A stretch of DNA of 53,767 nucleotides, from the NCBI GenBank assembly GCA_964389765.1, contig CAYMES010000003.1, positions 1-53,767 on the forward strand, written 5' to 3'. Position 1 is the stretch's first letter; every line of letters starts with the position of its first letter. A program made the translations under genes and the position numbers. The DNA comes from Candidatus Woesearchaeota archaeon. GTDB taxonomy: Archaea; Nanobdellota; Nanobdellia; Pacearchaeales; GW2011-AR1. The notes beneath the pieces are model-generated. The model was given only the letters and a program-made list of their open reading frames with translations, did no database searches and was not told the origin of the DNA. Of this stretch, positions 18,299-27,702 are shown one piece after another.

Positions 18299-19219
18299 AT
18301 GTTTATTAGTTTTTCAAATCCTGAATATCTTTTGTTTTTATTGATAATTCCATTTCTTTTTTTAATCCACTTTTTTACTTTAAGAAATAAAAATAAAAAA
18401 GCATTACATTTTGCAAATTTTCAAGCAATAGCAAGAGTTAGAGGAAAAGGATTACTTTCTAAAAATATTTCAATTCTTTTTTTAAGTATCTTTCTTAGTT
18501 TATTGTTAGTTTCTGCTCTTTCAGGTATTAATCTGCATATAATGAAAAAAGCAAGTAGTTTTTCTTTTGTAATTGCTATTGACACTTCAAGCAGTATGGA
18601 TGCTAAAGATATTTTTCCTAATAGATTAGAAGCTGCTAAACAATCTGCAAATAATTTTGTTGAAAATTTACCTTCTCATACTAAAGTAGGAGTTGTTTCT
18701 TTTTCTGGAAATTCTTTTATTCATCAAGATATAACAGACAATAAATATCTTTTAAATAATGCTATAAATGAAATTGAATTAAGTGATATTGAAGGAACAG
18801 ATATTAATGAAGCTGTAATTACCTGTTCAAATTTATTAAGAAAAGAAGATTCAAGAGCAATTGTTTTATTAAGTGATGGGCAGATTACTGTTGGAGGATT
18901 AGATAAGATAGTTAAATATGCAAATGAAAATAATATAATTATTAATTCTGTTGCTATAGGTACAAGACAAGGAGGAAAAACAGAATATGGTATCTCAAAA
19001 TTAGATGAAGATACTTTAAAAGCTCTTTCATATAATACAGATGGAAATTTTTTTAATGCTAGTGATAAACAAGAACTTTCAAGTTCTTTTGAAAAAGCGA
19101 TGAATCTTACAGAAAAAAAAGTAGCTGTGAGTCTTACTTCTTATCTTGTTATAGCTGCTTTAATTGTTTTTTTAATAGAGTTCTTTTTATTAAATACAAG
19201 ATATAAGGTATTGCCTTAG
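18299..19219 (+). CDS. BatA-like membrane VWA domain protein
   Basis: N-terminal F.NP.YL BatA-like TM, MIDAS DTSSSM, NRLEAAK, GTDI, LLSDG, C-terminal TM. Confidence 0.9.
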   Translation: MFISFSNPEYLLFLLIIPFLFLIHFFTLRNKNKKALHFANFQAIARVRGKGLLSKNISILFLSIFLSLLLVSALSGINLHIMKKASSFSFVIAIDTSSSMDAKDIFPNRLEAAKQSANNFVENLPSHTKVGVVSFSGNSFIHQDITDNKYLLNNAINEIELSDIEGTDINEAVITCSNLLRKEDSRAIVLLSDGQITVGGLDKIVKYANENNIIINSVAIGTRQGGKTEYGISKLDEDTLKALSYNTDGNFFNASDKQELSSSFEKAMNLTEKKVAVSLTSYLVIAALIVFLIEFFLLNTRYKVLP

Positions 19220-19311
19220 CTAGATAGATGTAGATAAAAATAATTTATTATTAATATGTCAGATTTAGTTGAAGAAATTGTTGATAAATTCTTAGAAGAT
19301 TCTTATAGAAT

Positions 19312-20385
19312 TTAATTATTTAATTTTAAAGAAGCTATTATTTTTATATTTATTAGGTATTCATCTATTAATTGTAAGATTTTTATTTGTTTTTTAAAAG
19401 GATTATTTGTTTCATTTATTATTTTCTTCTGTTCTTTATTCCAGTGGTTTATAATTTTATTTAATTCTTTTTTCTGTTCAGGATTTGCTTGATGATATAA
19501 TTGTGTTAAGATGGTTCGGAAATTATTATAGATTTGTTTTGAAGGATTTATTATTTTTAAAGTTCTTTCAAAGTCTTGTTTATTTGATGAAAGATATTTT
19601 TTTAAATCCTGTTCATTTTTTGGTTCATATTCTACTATTTGTTTTATGTTATTATCTAGAGAAACATCATAGAGAACTTTTTCAGTTTCTCTTTTATTTT
19701 CATCTATTTTTTTAATAAGTTCTTTTATATTTATTTTTTCATTTGCTTGTTGTTGTATTTTTTGGATTGTTGGTTGTTGATTTTGTTGAGGAGGGTTTGG
19801 GGTTTGTTCAGGTTGTTTCTGTTCATTAGGTTGAGGAGCTTGAGAAGTTGGAGATTCCTGGAAGTTTTGTTCAATAGATTTGTCTTGTTCTTTTTTTACT
19901 TCTTCTTCTTTTAGTTTTTTTAGTTCTTCACGTGTGTATTGTTTTGTAATTTTGTTTTCATGAACTATTTTTTTAAAGAGATTTAAAGCTTTTTCAAATT
20001 CTTGCTGTTTTATTTTTTTCCCTGTATAAGAGAATTCAATCATTAATTTTGAAAAAGCTATAGAGTTATTTTTTTGTTGTTTTTTTAATTTTTCAATTAT
20101 TTCAGAATATTCTAGATTATAAGGAATATCAAATGCTTCTTTAAAAAAATCTCTTCCTATATCATTAAGATTGTCAATTTTTTTATCTAGAGCTTCACCA
20201 GATTCTTGCAGTTGTATTAGTTTTCTTTTGTAATATGTGTTTTTATCATATTTTCTTGATATAAATTTTTTTTCTAGTTTTCTTTCAAGAAGGTGAAGAA
20301 TTATTATTGTTATGCTTGCTAATAAGACTATGCTTCCTATGATTATTGCTATTCCTCTTATGCTTGTTAAAAAAGACCAGTACAT
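19312..20385 (-). CDS. Hypothetical membrane protein with Q/P-rich linker and coiled coils
   Basis: 357-aa ORF, N-terminal TM, low-complexity QPxQ segment. Confidence 0.7.
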   Translation of the reverse strand: MYWSFLTSIRGIAIIIGSIVLLASITIIILHLLERKLEKKFISRKYDKNTYYKRKLIQLQESGEALDKKIDNLNDIGRDFFKEAFDIPYNLEYSEIIEKLKKQQKNNSIAFSKLMIEFSYTGKKIKQQEFEKALNLFKKIVHENKITKQYTREELKKLKEEEVKKEQDKSIEQNFQESPTSQAPQPNEQKQPEQTPNPPQQNQQPTIQKIQQQANEKINIKELIKKIDENKRETEKVLYDVSLDNNIKQIVEYEPKNEQDLKKYLSSNKQDFERTLKIINPSKQIYNNFRTILTQLYHQANPEQKKELNKIINHWNKEQKKIINETNNPFKKQIKILQLIDEYLINIKIIASLKLNN

Positions 20386-20447
20386 TTTACCTCTTTTTGT
20401 ATTTTTATAAGGAAATCAAGGTATAAAAAATTTATGAGTTTTATTTT

Positions 20448-21071
20448 TTAGTATTTTTCCTGATTTATTTTAAATATTTCAGCTTTTTTTCCTATATCAT
20501 GTTTGAGATTTTCTATTGGCTGATTTATTATGTTTTTTATGTTTTTATATTTTTTTAAAAGTTTTTTTGCTGTTGCTGGTCCAATTCCAGGATATCCTTC
20601 TAATATAAATTGTTTTTGTTGTTTTTTGCTTTTTGATTTTTTAGTAGCTCTTATAGATATATGGGATTTAGGTTGTTTTTTAGCAAGAAGCATTAGGAAT
20701 TTAGCTGTATCTTGGCAATTATTAGTATAGATTACTGGGACAGTAGATTCAAGAACAATTGAAAGTAAAAATCCTCTTATTGCATTTCCATTAATTCCTT
20801 CAGAAAGGTCGTTATATAGTTCTTGTTCTTTAATTCCCTCTATAATTAGCAAGTGTTTGGGATATTGTTTTATTTCTTGAAGTTGTTTTGCCAGTCTCTT
20901 GTTTATCATTGAGCTTATGAAGTCAGAGATGGTTTTTCTTTCTATTGCTGTATCTCCAATTAAGTAATCTGCAACTTTTAGATGTTTAAAGTCTACATCA
21001 GTCCCTAATTCAACAAGTTCAGATGTAACAAGAGAATTTTTTTCTCTATAATCTGCTATTATTTTTTTCAT
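20448..21071 (-). CDS. ERCC4/XPF-family structure-specific nuclease with HhH (Hef nuclease half)
   Basis: IIADYRE, VADY, IERKTISDF..S (ERKxxxD), LIIEG, HhH YPGIGPATAKKLL. Confidence 0.92.
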   Translation of the reverse strand: MKKIIADYREKNSLVTSELVELGTDVDFKHLKVADYLIGDTAIERKTISDFISSMINKRLAKQLQEIKQYPKHLLIIEGIKEQELYNDLSEGINGNAIRGFLLSIVLESTVPVIYTNNCQDTAKFLMLLAKKQPKSHISIRATKKSKSKKQQKQFILEGYPGIGPATAKKLLKKYKNIKNIINQPIENLKHDIGKKAEIFKINQEKY

Positions 21072-21132
21072 TATAATGAGTATATTTTAGAGTATATAAA
21101 TTTTTAAAAATTTATATAAAGGTGTTATGATA

Positions 21133-21418
21133 ATGAAAAAACTAAAAGTATCAGGTTTTTTAAAAGTAAATTTAGGAAAACCATCTCTATTAACTTTTAG
21201 AGCTTTTTTTAATTATCAGAAGTAATTTGAGTTGTCCTAATTGTAATGTAGATAAAAGAAATAATTGGGAGATGTCTACAGAAGATTGGTTAAATGCAAT
21301 AGATGTTTCAGATAAATTGAGGACTGTAAGTTTAATTTTTAAGGAAGAGAACCTTCTGTCTATAACAATAAGGAGAAATAGTTTTTTATATTATTTGGAC
21401 CGTAATGCTGTTTTTTAA
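21133..21418 (+). pseudogene. Possible small frameshifted ORF (break at a T7 run near 21204-21210)
   Basis: ATG 21133 reads MKKLKVSGFLKVNLGKPSLLTFRAF and stops shortly after; removing one T joins it to the CPNC-containing 21227..21418 frame. No recognised homology. Confidence 0.2.
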
Positions 21419-21452
21419 AAGTCTTGTTTCTTTTAATGAGATTGTTAGTTGT

Positions 21453-23027
21453 TTATCCATTTTCAAATAATTTTTTTTGTCCTTGTTCTTCTGATTTTTG
21501 TTTTTTGTTATTTTCTAATTTATCTTTTATACCATTTAAAGCTTTATGCATCCTTTTTTCTTTATGAAAAGCAGCCCAATAATAAGATTCATCTCTTGTT
21601 TTTTTAACCATTAGGATTAGTAATTTTCCTGGTTTTAATCTGGCTGTTCTTCCTCTACGTTGAATTTGTCTTATAGCCGAAGGAATTGGTTCATAAAATA
21701 TAACAGCAGAAACTTCAGGTATGTCAAGTCCTTCTTCTCCTATTGAAGTAGATACAAGAATATTTACTTTTCCAAGAGTAAATTCTTTTATTAAAGCTTG
21801 TTGTTCTTTTTGAGAGAGTCCTTTTTTATCTTGTTTTTTAGCTTGTCCTACAAATACTCTTGCATTTACTTTATCTATTGTATTGAGTTCTTTACAGATT
21901 TTTGTTACAGTATCTCTAAATTGTGCAAAAACAATTATTCTTTTGCTTTTGTTTTTAAATTCATTTTTAATTATCTGTTTTAATTTTGATAGTTTTGGAT
22001 TTTCTGTTTTTCTTGCGATAAGTTCTGTTGTTTTTACATAAGCTTGATTAAATTCAGGTTTTTTTATTAGTTGCTTGACTGCTTTGCTTTTTCCTTGTTG
22101 CGCTTGCTTAAATAAATCTTTTAAATAAGATTGAAAAGATTCAAGAGTCTGAGTTTCAAGTAATTCAAGAGAATGTTGTAATTTTATTGCTTGGGCACAT
22201 GCAGATGCTCCTGCCATATTGTTGAAGTGTCTGTCCCCATTTGATATTCTTTTCATAAGTTGTTTTTGCAATTGAATAAGGCTGGTTTTTGTTGCACGGG
22301 TAAATAAAAGTTTTCTATTTTTTAATTCTTGAATTTTTTTATCATATATTTTTTTAATAAGTTTTTTTATTTCCTGGAATTCTGAAGGAAAATCTAATTT
22401 TATTATCTGGAATTTTAATTTTTGAAGATATGGTTTAACATCTCCAGACTGTCTGGTTCTTGCTTCAATTGCTTCTATATCAAGATTATTTGAGATCCTT
22501 TGTATTTTTTGTTTATTTGCTCCTGGTGAAGCAGTAAGTCCTAAAATCCTTTGATTTTGTGATTGATGTTTGTATATTTTTGTAACTGTTGTATATGCAT
22601 AATTTTTTAAACATCTATGGCACTCATCAATAACAAGTAAAGAAACATCATTTAAATCATATAACTTGTTTTTTAAATCATTAGCTACACATTGAGGTGT
22701 TGAAAATATAATTTCTGCATTTTGCCATAATTTTCTTCTTTTTTTAGAGTTGATTTTTCCAGTAAAAAGTTCTTTTGTAGCAAATAATTCAGGAAGGTGT
22801 TTAGAAAAATAATTAAAATGCTGTTCAGCAAGGGGACGAGTAGGAGCAAGAAATACTATTTTTGATTCTGGAAATTGTTTTAAACGGTATATAGATAACA
22901 TTAAAGCTATGAGGGTTTTTCCTGTTCCAGTAGGCAAGACAACTAAGCAGTTTTTATTTCTACAAGTTTCAAATATCTTCCTTTGATATTTTCTTGGTTT
23001 TATGGTTTTTAAAACATCATATGGCAT
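21453..23027 (-). CDS. hef: Hef/FANCM/Mph1-type SF2 helicase (Hef helicase half)
   Basis: PRKYQ, LPTGTGKT, LAPTRPLAEQH, DECH, GLTASPG, FAQFRDT, EEGLDIP, QRRGRTAR. Confidence 0.92.
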   Translation of the reverse strand: MPYDVLKTIKPRKYQRKIFETCRNKNCLVVLPTGTGKTLIALMLSIYRLKQFPESKIVFLAPTRPLAEQHFNYFSKHLPELFATKELFTGKINSKKRRKLWQNAEIIFSTPQCVANDLKNKLYDLNDVSLLVIDECHRCLKNYAYTTVTKIYKHQSQNQRILGLTASPGANKQKIQRISNNLDIEAIEARTRQSGDVKPYLQKLKFQIIKLDFPSEFQEIKKLIKKIYDKKIQELKNRKLLFTRATKTSLIQLQKQLMKRISNGDRHFNNMAGASACAQAIKLQHSLELLETQTLESFQSYLKDLFKQAQQGKSKAVKQLIKKPEFNQAYVKTTELIARKTENPKLSKLKQIIKNEFKNKSKRIIVFAQFRDTVTKICKELNTIDKVNARVFVGQAKKQDKKGLSQKEQQALIKEFTLGKVNILVSTSIGEEGLDIPEVSAVIFYEPIPSAIRQIQRRGRTARLKPGKLLILMVKKTRDESYYWAAFHKEKRMHKALNGIKDKLENNKKQKSEEQGQKKLFENG

Positions 23028-23127
23028 TTTATTTATAGAAGAAAGTTTTATTTAAATAGGTATTTAAAAATTAATTTATATTTTTCATTATATAAAAGTA
23101 TTTATTTTATAAAATTCTTGTTATCTG

Positions 23128-24249
23128 ATGTTTAAATTTGATTTTTTTGGTGCAAAAGTTAAGGAGCCACCTCAATTAACTATGGCTCGTACTGTTTTAG
23201 GTGTTAGTAGAAAGGCTGAAAATTTTGAAATTAAAAAAGCTTATAGAAAATTATCTATAAAATATCATCCAGATAGAAATCCAGGAGATAAAAAATCAGA
23301 AAAAAGATTTAAAGCAGTTTCATCTGCTTATGAGTTATTGGCAGATCCTAAGAAAAAGAAAAAAGCTGATGAAGAGTTTTCAGAAGCATTAAAACAACCA
23401 TTTATAATAGGGCATAGAGTTTTTTCTATTGGTTCTCTTTATGGACAGAGGATTTATATTCCATCAATACAAAGAAAACCAATTACAAATACAAGAAGAT
23501 TAATAGGTTCAGGAAAATATTTAGAAGAAATTATTTCTGAAGAACAGGTAAAAGAACCTGAAATTTATTCTATTAGAAGTTGCATTATGGAAAGCCAATT
23601 AGCAGATTCTTTAGAGATTTATTATCAGGAAAATCTTCCAGAAGAATCTAGAGAAGAACATTTTCAAGCATTTATGAGGAGAGGAGAAGGAGGTTTAGAT
23701 GATTTAGATTGGATAAGAAGAAATGATGTAGCTATTTGTAATTTTTTACATGAAGATCTTAAAGGAGCTGTTTCAGAATTTAGAGAAGTTAATAAAAAAG
23801 CTCCTGGAAATATTATTTTCATGTATAGATTTGGGGTGTGTATTGAGGCAATGGTTGCAAAGCCAGGATATAAGCAGAAGTTTCCAGATAAATGGATTCA
23901 GAATATGGGAAGTGCTATTAAACTTTATGATTCTTGTTTAGAAAGATTAGTTAAAAGAAAAGGTAGCTGGTATGAGGGAAAAACAATTAAAGATAATGAA
24001 GAAAAAATAGATGCAAGATTTGTTGGGAATATTAATCCTAAGTCTTTATTAACTGTTAAAATGCAACTTGCAGATGCTTATTTTGAAATTGGTGAAAAAA
24101 GGAAGTCAAAAGAAATATGGAAAGAAATTCAGGAAATAGATCCTTCTTGTTATGAAGCAGAAGATAGATTAAGAAGTTCTGCTTTAAGATTAGGAAGCAC
24201 TACATTAGGAAAATTTGCTGGTTTATTAAGTATTGGAAAGAAATATTAG
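23128..24249 (+). CDS. J-domain protein with C-terminal TPR-like helices
   Basis: VLGVS...EIKKAYRKLSIKYHPDRNPGD...F..VSSAYELL (intact HPD); TPR-like segments (LADAYFEIGEKRKSKEIWKEIQEIDP). No DnaJ zinc finger. Confidence 0.85.
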   Translation: MFKFDFFGAKVKEPPQLTMARTVLGVSRKAENFEIKKAYRKLSIKYHPDRNPGDKKSEKRFKAVSSAYELLADPKKKKKADEEFSEALKQPFIIGHRVFSIGSLYGQRIYIPSIQRKPITNTRRLIGSGKYLEEIISEEQVKEPEIYSIRSCIMESQLADSLEIYYQENLPEESREEHFQAFMRRGEGGLDDLDWIRRNDVAICNFLHEDLKGAVSEFREVNKKAPGNIIFMYRFGVCIEAMVAKPGYKQKFPDKWIQNMGSAIKLYDSCLERLVKRKGSWYEGKTIKDNEEKIDARFVGNINPKSLLTVKMQLADAYFEIGEKRKSKEIWKEIQEIDPSCYEAEDRLRSSALRLGSTTLGKFAGLLSIGKKY

Positions 24250-24878
24250 AGGTAGAATATAGAGAGTGCAGTTGCTATTATTGTTATGATTGCTGTAATT
24301 ATCCATAGAATTCTTGAGCCAAAGAATAGTTTTGTTCCATCAAGTTGGCTTATGGGAATTAGGTTCCATAAAGCATAATAAATACTAAATTTTGCAATTA
24401 ATTGTTGATTTATAAAATAAGCTATTATAGATAAAAAAATACAAGAGATAATTCCTATAAAAGCAATTATAGATATATGCCAGTCTGTCATTTCTGTTGT
24501 TCTTATGGTTCCATATTTTTTGCTAACTCTTTCTGTTTTTGATTTAACGTCAAATTGTAGGAATGTCAGAATTTTTAGGATTCCAGAAGGATAAGAAAGC
24601 CATACTCCTAAAAATGGAAGGATAATTCCCATTGGTATAGGTTTTGGAAAATAAGATCTTTCATAATATCCCCATCTTTGAAATAACCAGATTTTATGGT
24701 CAATATCTGCATCTAAGATATATGCAGTTATTTTTTTAGTTCCTATACTAAATATCAAGATAATAAAAGCAGAAAGCAAAGCAAAAACAAATTGGTTAAA
24801 AGGCTCTAAAAATGATATTACAAATGCAAATAAGATTACAGCAATTAAAATATGGGCACCTTCTTTTATGTTAAGCAT
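24246..24878 (-). CDS. Site-2 protease (M50)-like multi-TM protein lacking HExxH
   Basis: ALWNLIPISQLDGTK matches the NxxP..xLDG motif; the expected HExxH position reads SIGTKKITA. Confidence 0.7.
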   Translation of the reverse strand: MLNIKEGAHILIAVILFAFVISFLEPFNQFVFALLSAFIILIFSIGTKKITAYILDADIDHKIWLFQRWGYYERSYFPKPIPMGIILPFLGVWLSYPSGILKILTFLQFDVKSKTERVSKKYGTIRTTEMTDWHISIIAFIGIISCIFLSIIAYFINQQLIAKFSIYYALWNLIPISQLDGTKLFFGSRILWIITAIITIIATALSIFYL

Positions 24879-24965
24879 AATTAGAAAAGAGTATTAATTT
24901 TTATAAAGTTATGTATGGTTATTTTGAAATTTTTATTTTTAGGATAATTATAAAGTGGTAATATG

Positions 24966-24980
24966 GAAAGATTTATAAAT
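24966..24980 (+). promoter_or_regulatory. Archaeal BRE/TATA promoter (spacing implies a leaderless or short-leader transcript)
   Basis: GAAAGATTTATAAAT ending 20 nt before ATG 25001. Confidence 0.55.
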
Positions 24981-25000
24981 TTCTATATTTTTTACGATGT

Positions 25001-25567
25001 ATGGGAAAATTTAAAAGCTTATGGAAGAAATTATGGGGAAATGAATCTCATGGTTATGGTGGTGGAAGTTTATCTATTGGAGGAATTTTAAGTGTAATGC
25101 TTTTTTTTGGAAGTGTTGGAGGAGGTGTATCATATTTAAGTTATATGGGGATTGAAGCACAAAAACAGAAAAAAGCAGAAGCTTTTGAAAAAGGTCAAAA
25201 ACCTATTGTTGGAGAAGTAGTAGATGAAGTTTATGAGAAGAGGTTAGAAAAAGTTCCAGAAGTTTATAAAAGAGGATTAGTAAGTCAAGCATATTCAAGT
25301 GAAACAGTGAAATTAGATTCAAAATATATTTTAAAACATAGAACCTTAAAAGATAGAGAGATTAGTGTTTCTGTTTTAGATTCAGAAGATAAAGATAAAG
25401 AATCTCTAGATATTTTAGTAGATGCAGGTTCTGTTGTAAGTTTTCCTAGGGGGAATATTGAGAAATCAGGAGATAGTTATTCAACAATTAATAAAGAAAC
25501 TTATTTTAAAGAAGGCACCCAATTTGGGAATAAAAGAGTTGGTAGAATAAAAATTTTAGAAGAATAG
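25001..25567 (+). CDS. Hypothetical membrane-anchored protein
   Basis: 188-aa ORF with a Gly-rich TM near the N-terminus. Confidence 0.7.
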   Translation: MGKFKSLWKKLWGNESHGYGGGSLSIGGILSVMLFFGSVGGGVSYLSYMGIEAQKQKKAEAFEKGQKPIVGEVVDEVYEKRLEKVPEVYKRGLVSQAYSSETVKLDSKYILKHRTLKDREISVSVLDSEDKDKESLDILVDAGSVVSFPRGNIEKSGDSYSTINKETYFKEGTQFGNKRVGRIKILEE

Positions 25568-25650
25568 AGTTAATTAATTGTTTATAAGAGAGAAGGTTAT
25601 ATGTTTTTATTTATAGAAAAATATATAAAGAGCTTTATTTTTATTTGCAT

Positions 25651-25950
25651 ATGCTAAAGATAAAAAGGTTATCAGAGATAATAGGAAAAAGAGTATATAC
25701 AGATTCAGGAGATTTTTTTGGAGAAGTTGAAGAAGCTAATTTAATGGGAAATAAAGTTGATAGCTGGAGAATTAAAGTAGGAAGTGGAATTAGTTCTTTT
25801 TTAGGTGGTGCAAAAGGAGTTGTAATTCCAAATCAATTTGTTAAAGCAGTTGGAGATATATGTATAGTAAGCAGAGCTAATCTTCCTTTAGAAGAAAAAG
25901 AAAATTTTAGTGAAGAAGAGAGTTTTGAAGAAGAAGAGATTGAATTATAA
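25651..25950 (+). CDS. PRC-barrel domain protein (CdpB-like)
   Basis: LSEIIGKRVYTDSGDFFGEVEE...VVIPNQFVKAVGDICIV and an acidic tail; ATG at 25651 preferred over TTG 25645. Confidence 0.85.
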   Translation: MLKIKRLSEIIGKRVYTDSGDFFGEVEEANLMGNKVDSWRIKVGSGISSFLGGAKGVVIPNQFVKAVGDICIVSRANLPLEEKENFSEEESFEEEEIEL

Positions 25951-25976
25951 ATATATAAAAGAGGATTATTATAAAA

Positions 25977-26471
25977 ATGGTTGAGAGTGTACTTTTAGAA
26001 CCTATATTTGTGAATTATATTTTGCCTTTTTTACTTGTGTTTACTTTGGTTTTTGCTGTTTTAGAAAAATCAAAAATACTTGGAGAAGGTAAAAAACAGA
26101 TAAATGCAATTATAAGCCTAGTTATAGGTTTATTATTAATTTCTTTTCCAGTGGCAAGAGATGTTGTTGTGAGATTAATACCTTTTTTAGCTGTAGTTTT
26201 AGTTATTTTGTTTGTTTTTATGTTATTATGGGGATTTATTTCTGAAAAAAAAGAAGGAGAAGTTTTAAATAAAGGATTGAAAATTACTTTAGGAATTATT
26301 GTAAGTTTAGCTATAATTGTTGCTGTTTTATGGATTACTGGAGCATGGGATGTTATATATGAAACCACAGTTAAAGGAAGTTCTGCTGGAAAAATATGGG
26401 TTAATGTTTTGTTAGTTGCGATAATTGGGGGAGCAATTGCTGTTGTTCTTTCAACAACTAAAAATGAATAA
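25977..26471 (+). CDS. Multi-pass membrane protein, paralog family member 1
   Basis: YILPFLLVFTLVFAVLEKSKILGE...INAIISLVIGLL; about 5 TM. Confidence 0.8.
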   Translation: MVESVLLEPIFVNYILPFLLVFTLVFAVLEKSKILGEGKKQINAIISLVIGLLLISFPVARDVVVRLIPFLAVVLVILFVFMLLWGFISEKKEGEVLNKGLKITLGIIVSLAIIVAVLWITGAWDVIYETTVKGSSAGKIWVNVLLVAIIGGAIAVVLSTTKNE

Positions 26472-26738
26472 TTTTTTTAATTAAATATATGTTTAATTTT
26501 CTAAAGTTTTAAAATTTTAATTTGTTATTGTTAAGTTGAGATTAAGGTTTTGTAGATAACTTTATATAGAAAGGATATTGTTTATGATTAGATTAATAAG
26601 AATTGATATTTTTGATTAGATTAACAAAATATTAGTAATTTGTATAAATGTGTAGAAGTTATTAAAATAGGTAATTTAATCTGTATAATAAAAAAGCAAA
26701 ACATATTTAAATAATCTTTTTTTAATAGATATATAAAA

Positions 26739-27266
26739 ATGAGTGTGATGTTAAATGCTTTGACTGGGTTAGTTTCTGGTTGGAGTAATATAGGTTATAT
26801 TTTGCAGGAATGGGAATATTATGGCATATTTGAGTATGCTCTTCCATTTTTATTAATTTTTGCTCTTGTTTTTGGAATTTTATCTAAAAGCAAACTTTTT
26901 GGAGAGAATGCTAAAGGAGTTATTACTGTTGTCTCTCTTGCTGTGGGTTTGTTAGCTATAACTTCTCAAGGTTTAAGGGCTTTTTTTAGAGTTATTTTTC
27001 CTTATGCAGGAATTGGATTATCTGTTTTATTAGTAGCTTTAATTTTAATGGGTTTGTTTGTTGATTCAGATAAAGATTGGTATGGAATTGTTTTTTATAT
27101 TCTTGGAGGTTTAATAGCTTTAATTGTTATTATTTCAGCTTTATCTTCTTATGAATATGGGTGGTTTGGTGGTTGGTGGTGGGCGCAATATTGGCCTGCA
27201 ATTGTTGCTTTTTTAGTTATCGGGGGTTTAATAACTTTAGTTATTCTTGCAACTAAGAGTAGTTGA
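26739..27266 (+). CDS. Multi-pass membrane protein, paralog family member 2
   Basis: YALPFLLIFALVFGILSKSKLFGE...VITVVSLAVGLL. Confidence 0.8.
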   Translation: MSVMLNALTGLVSGWSNIGYILQEWEYYGIFEYALPFLLIFALVFGILSKSKLFGENAKGVITVVSLAVGLLAITSQGLRAFFRVIFPYAGIGLSVLLVALILMGLFVDSDKDWYGIVFYILGGLIALIVIISALSSYEYGWFGGWWWAQYWPAIVAFLVIGGLITLVILATKSS

Positions 27267-27702
27267 GATTAATAAAATTCTTTTTAAATAAATATTTTTA
27301 ATAGGTCTTAATTTTAGTATTATGGTGCATTTATGATATTCATCAGTTATAAAGGTAAAAGTAAGAAAAGATTATTTAACTGAGAAGTTCTTTATTATAT
27401 TTCTCATTTTGTATGAAAAGTAATATCTGTTCTATTTTAATTTAGCTTAATTAATTAGCATTATAAATCAAATTTAATTAAAATTATCAAATTATAATAG
27501 AGAGATTCAGAAAGCTAAGTTCTTGCAATTTATCTTTAAGTTTATGAATTACAAAAATTAATTAAAGGTATTATTAGAAGTTATAGGGGAAGAAGATATA
27601 AGAAACTCATTTAAAAGCTTTTATTGTTGAAATGATTGATAAGTTGATAAGATATTATTATAAAGAATTTTTTAAATAAAATTAAATAAAGGAAGGTGTT
27701 AA

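Noticed and set aside
26585-26624. 12-bp direct repeat TGATTAGATTAA twice in an intergenic region
   Set aside because: Only two copies in very AT-rich DNA; not a CRISPR or iteron array, and no supporting context.
27267-27702. 436-nt gap between convergent genes as ncRNA or origin
   Set aside because: Extremely AT-rich, with no GC-rich stems, tRNA fold or ORB-like repeats visible.
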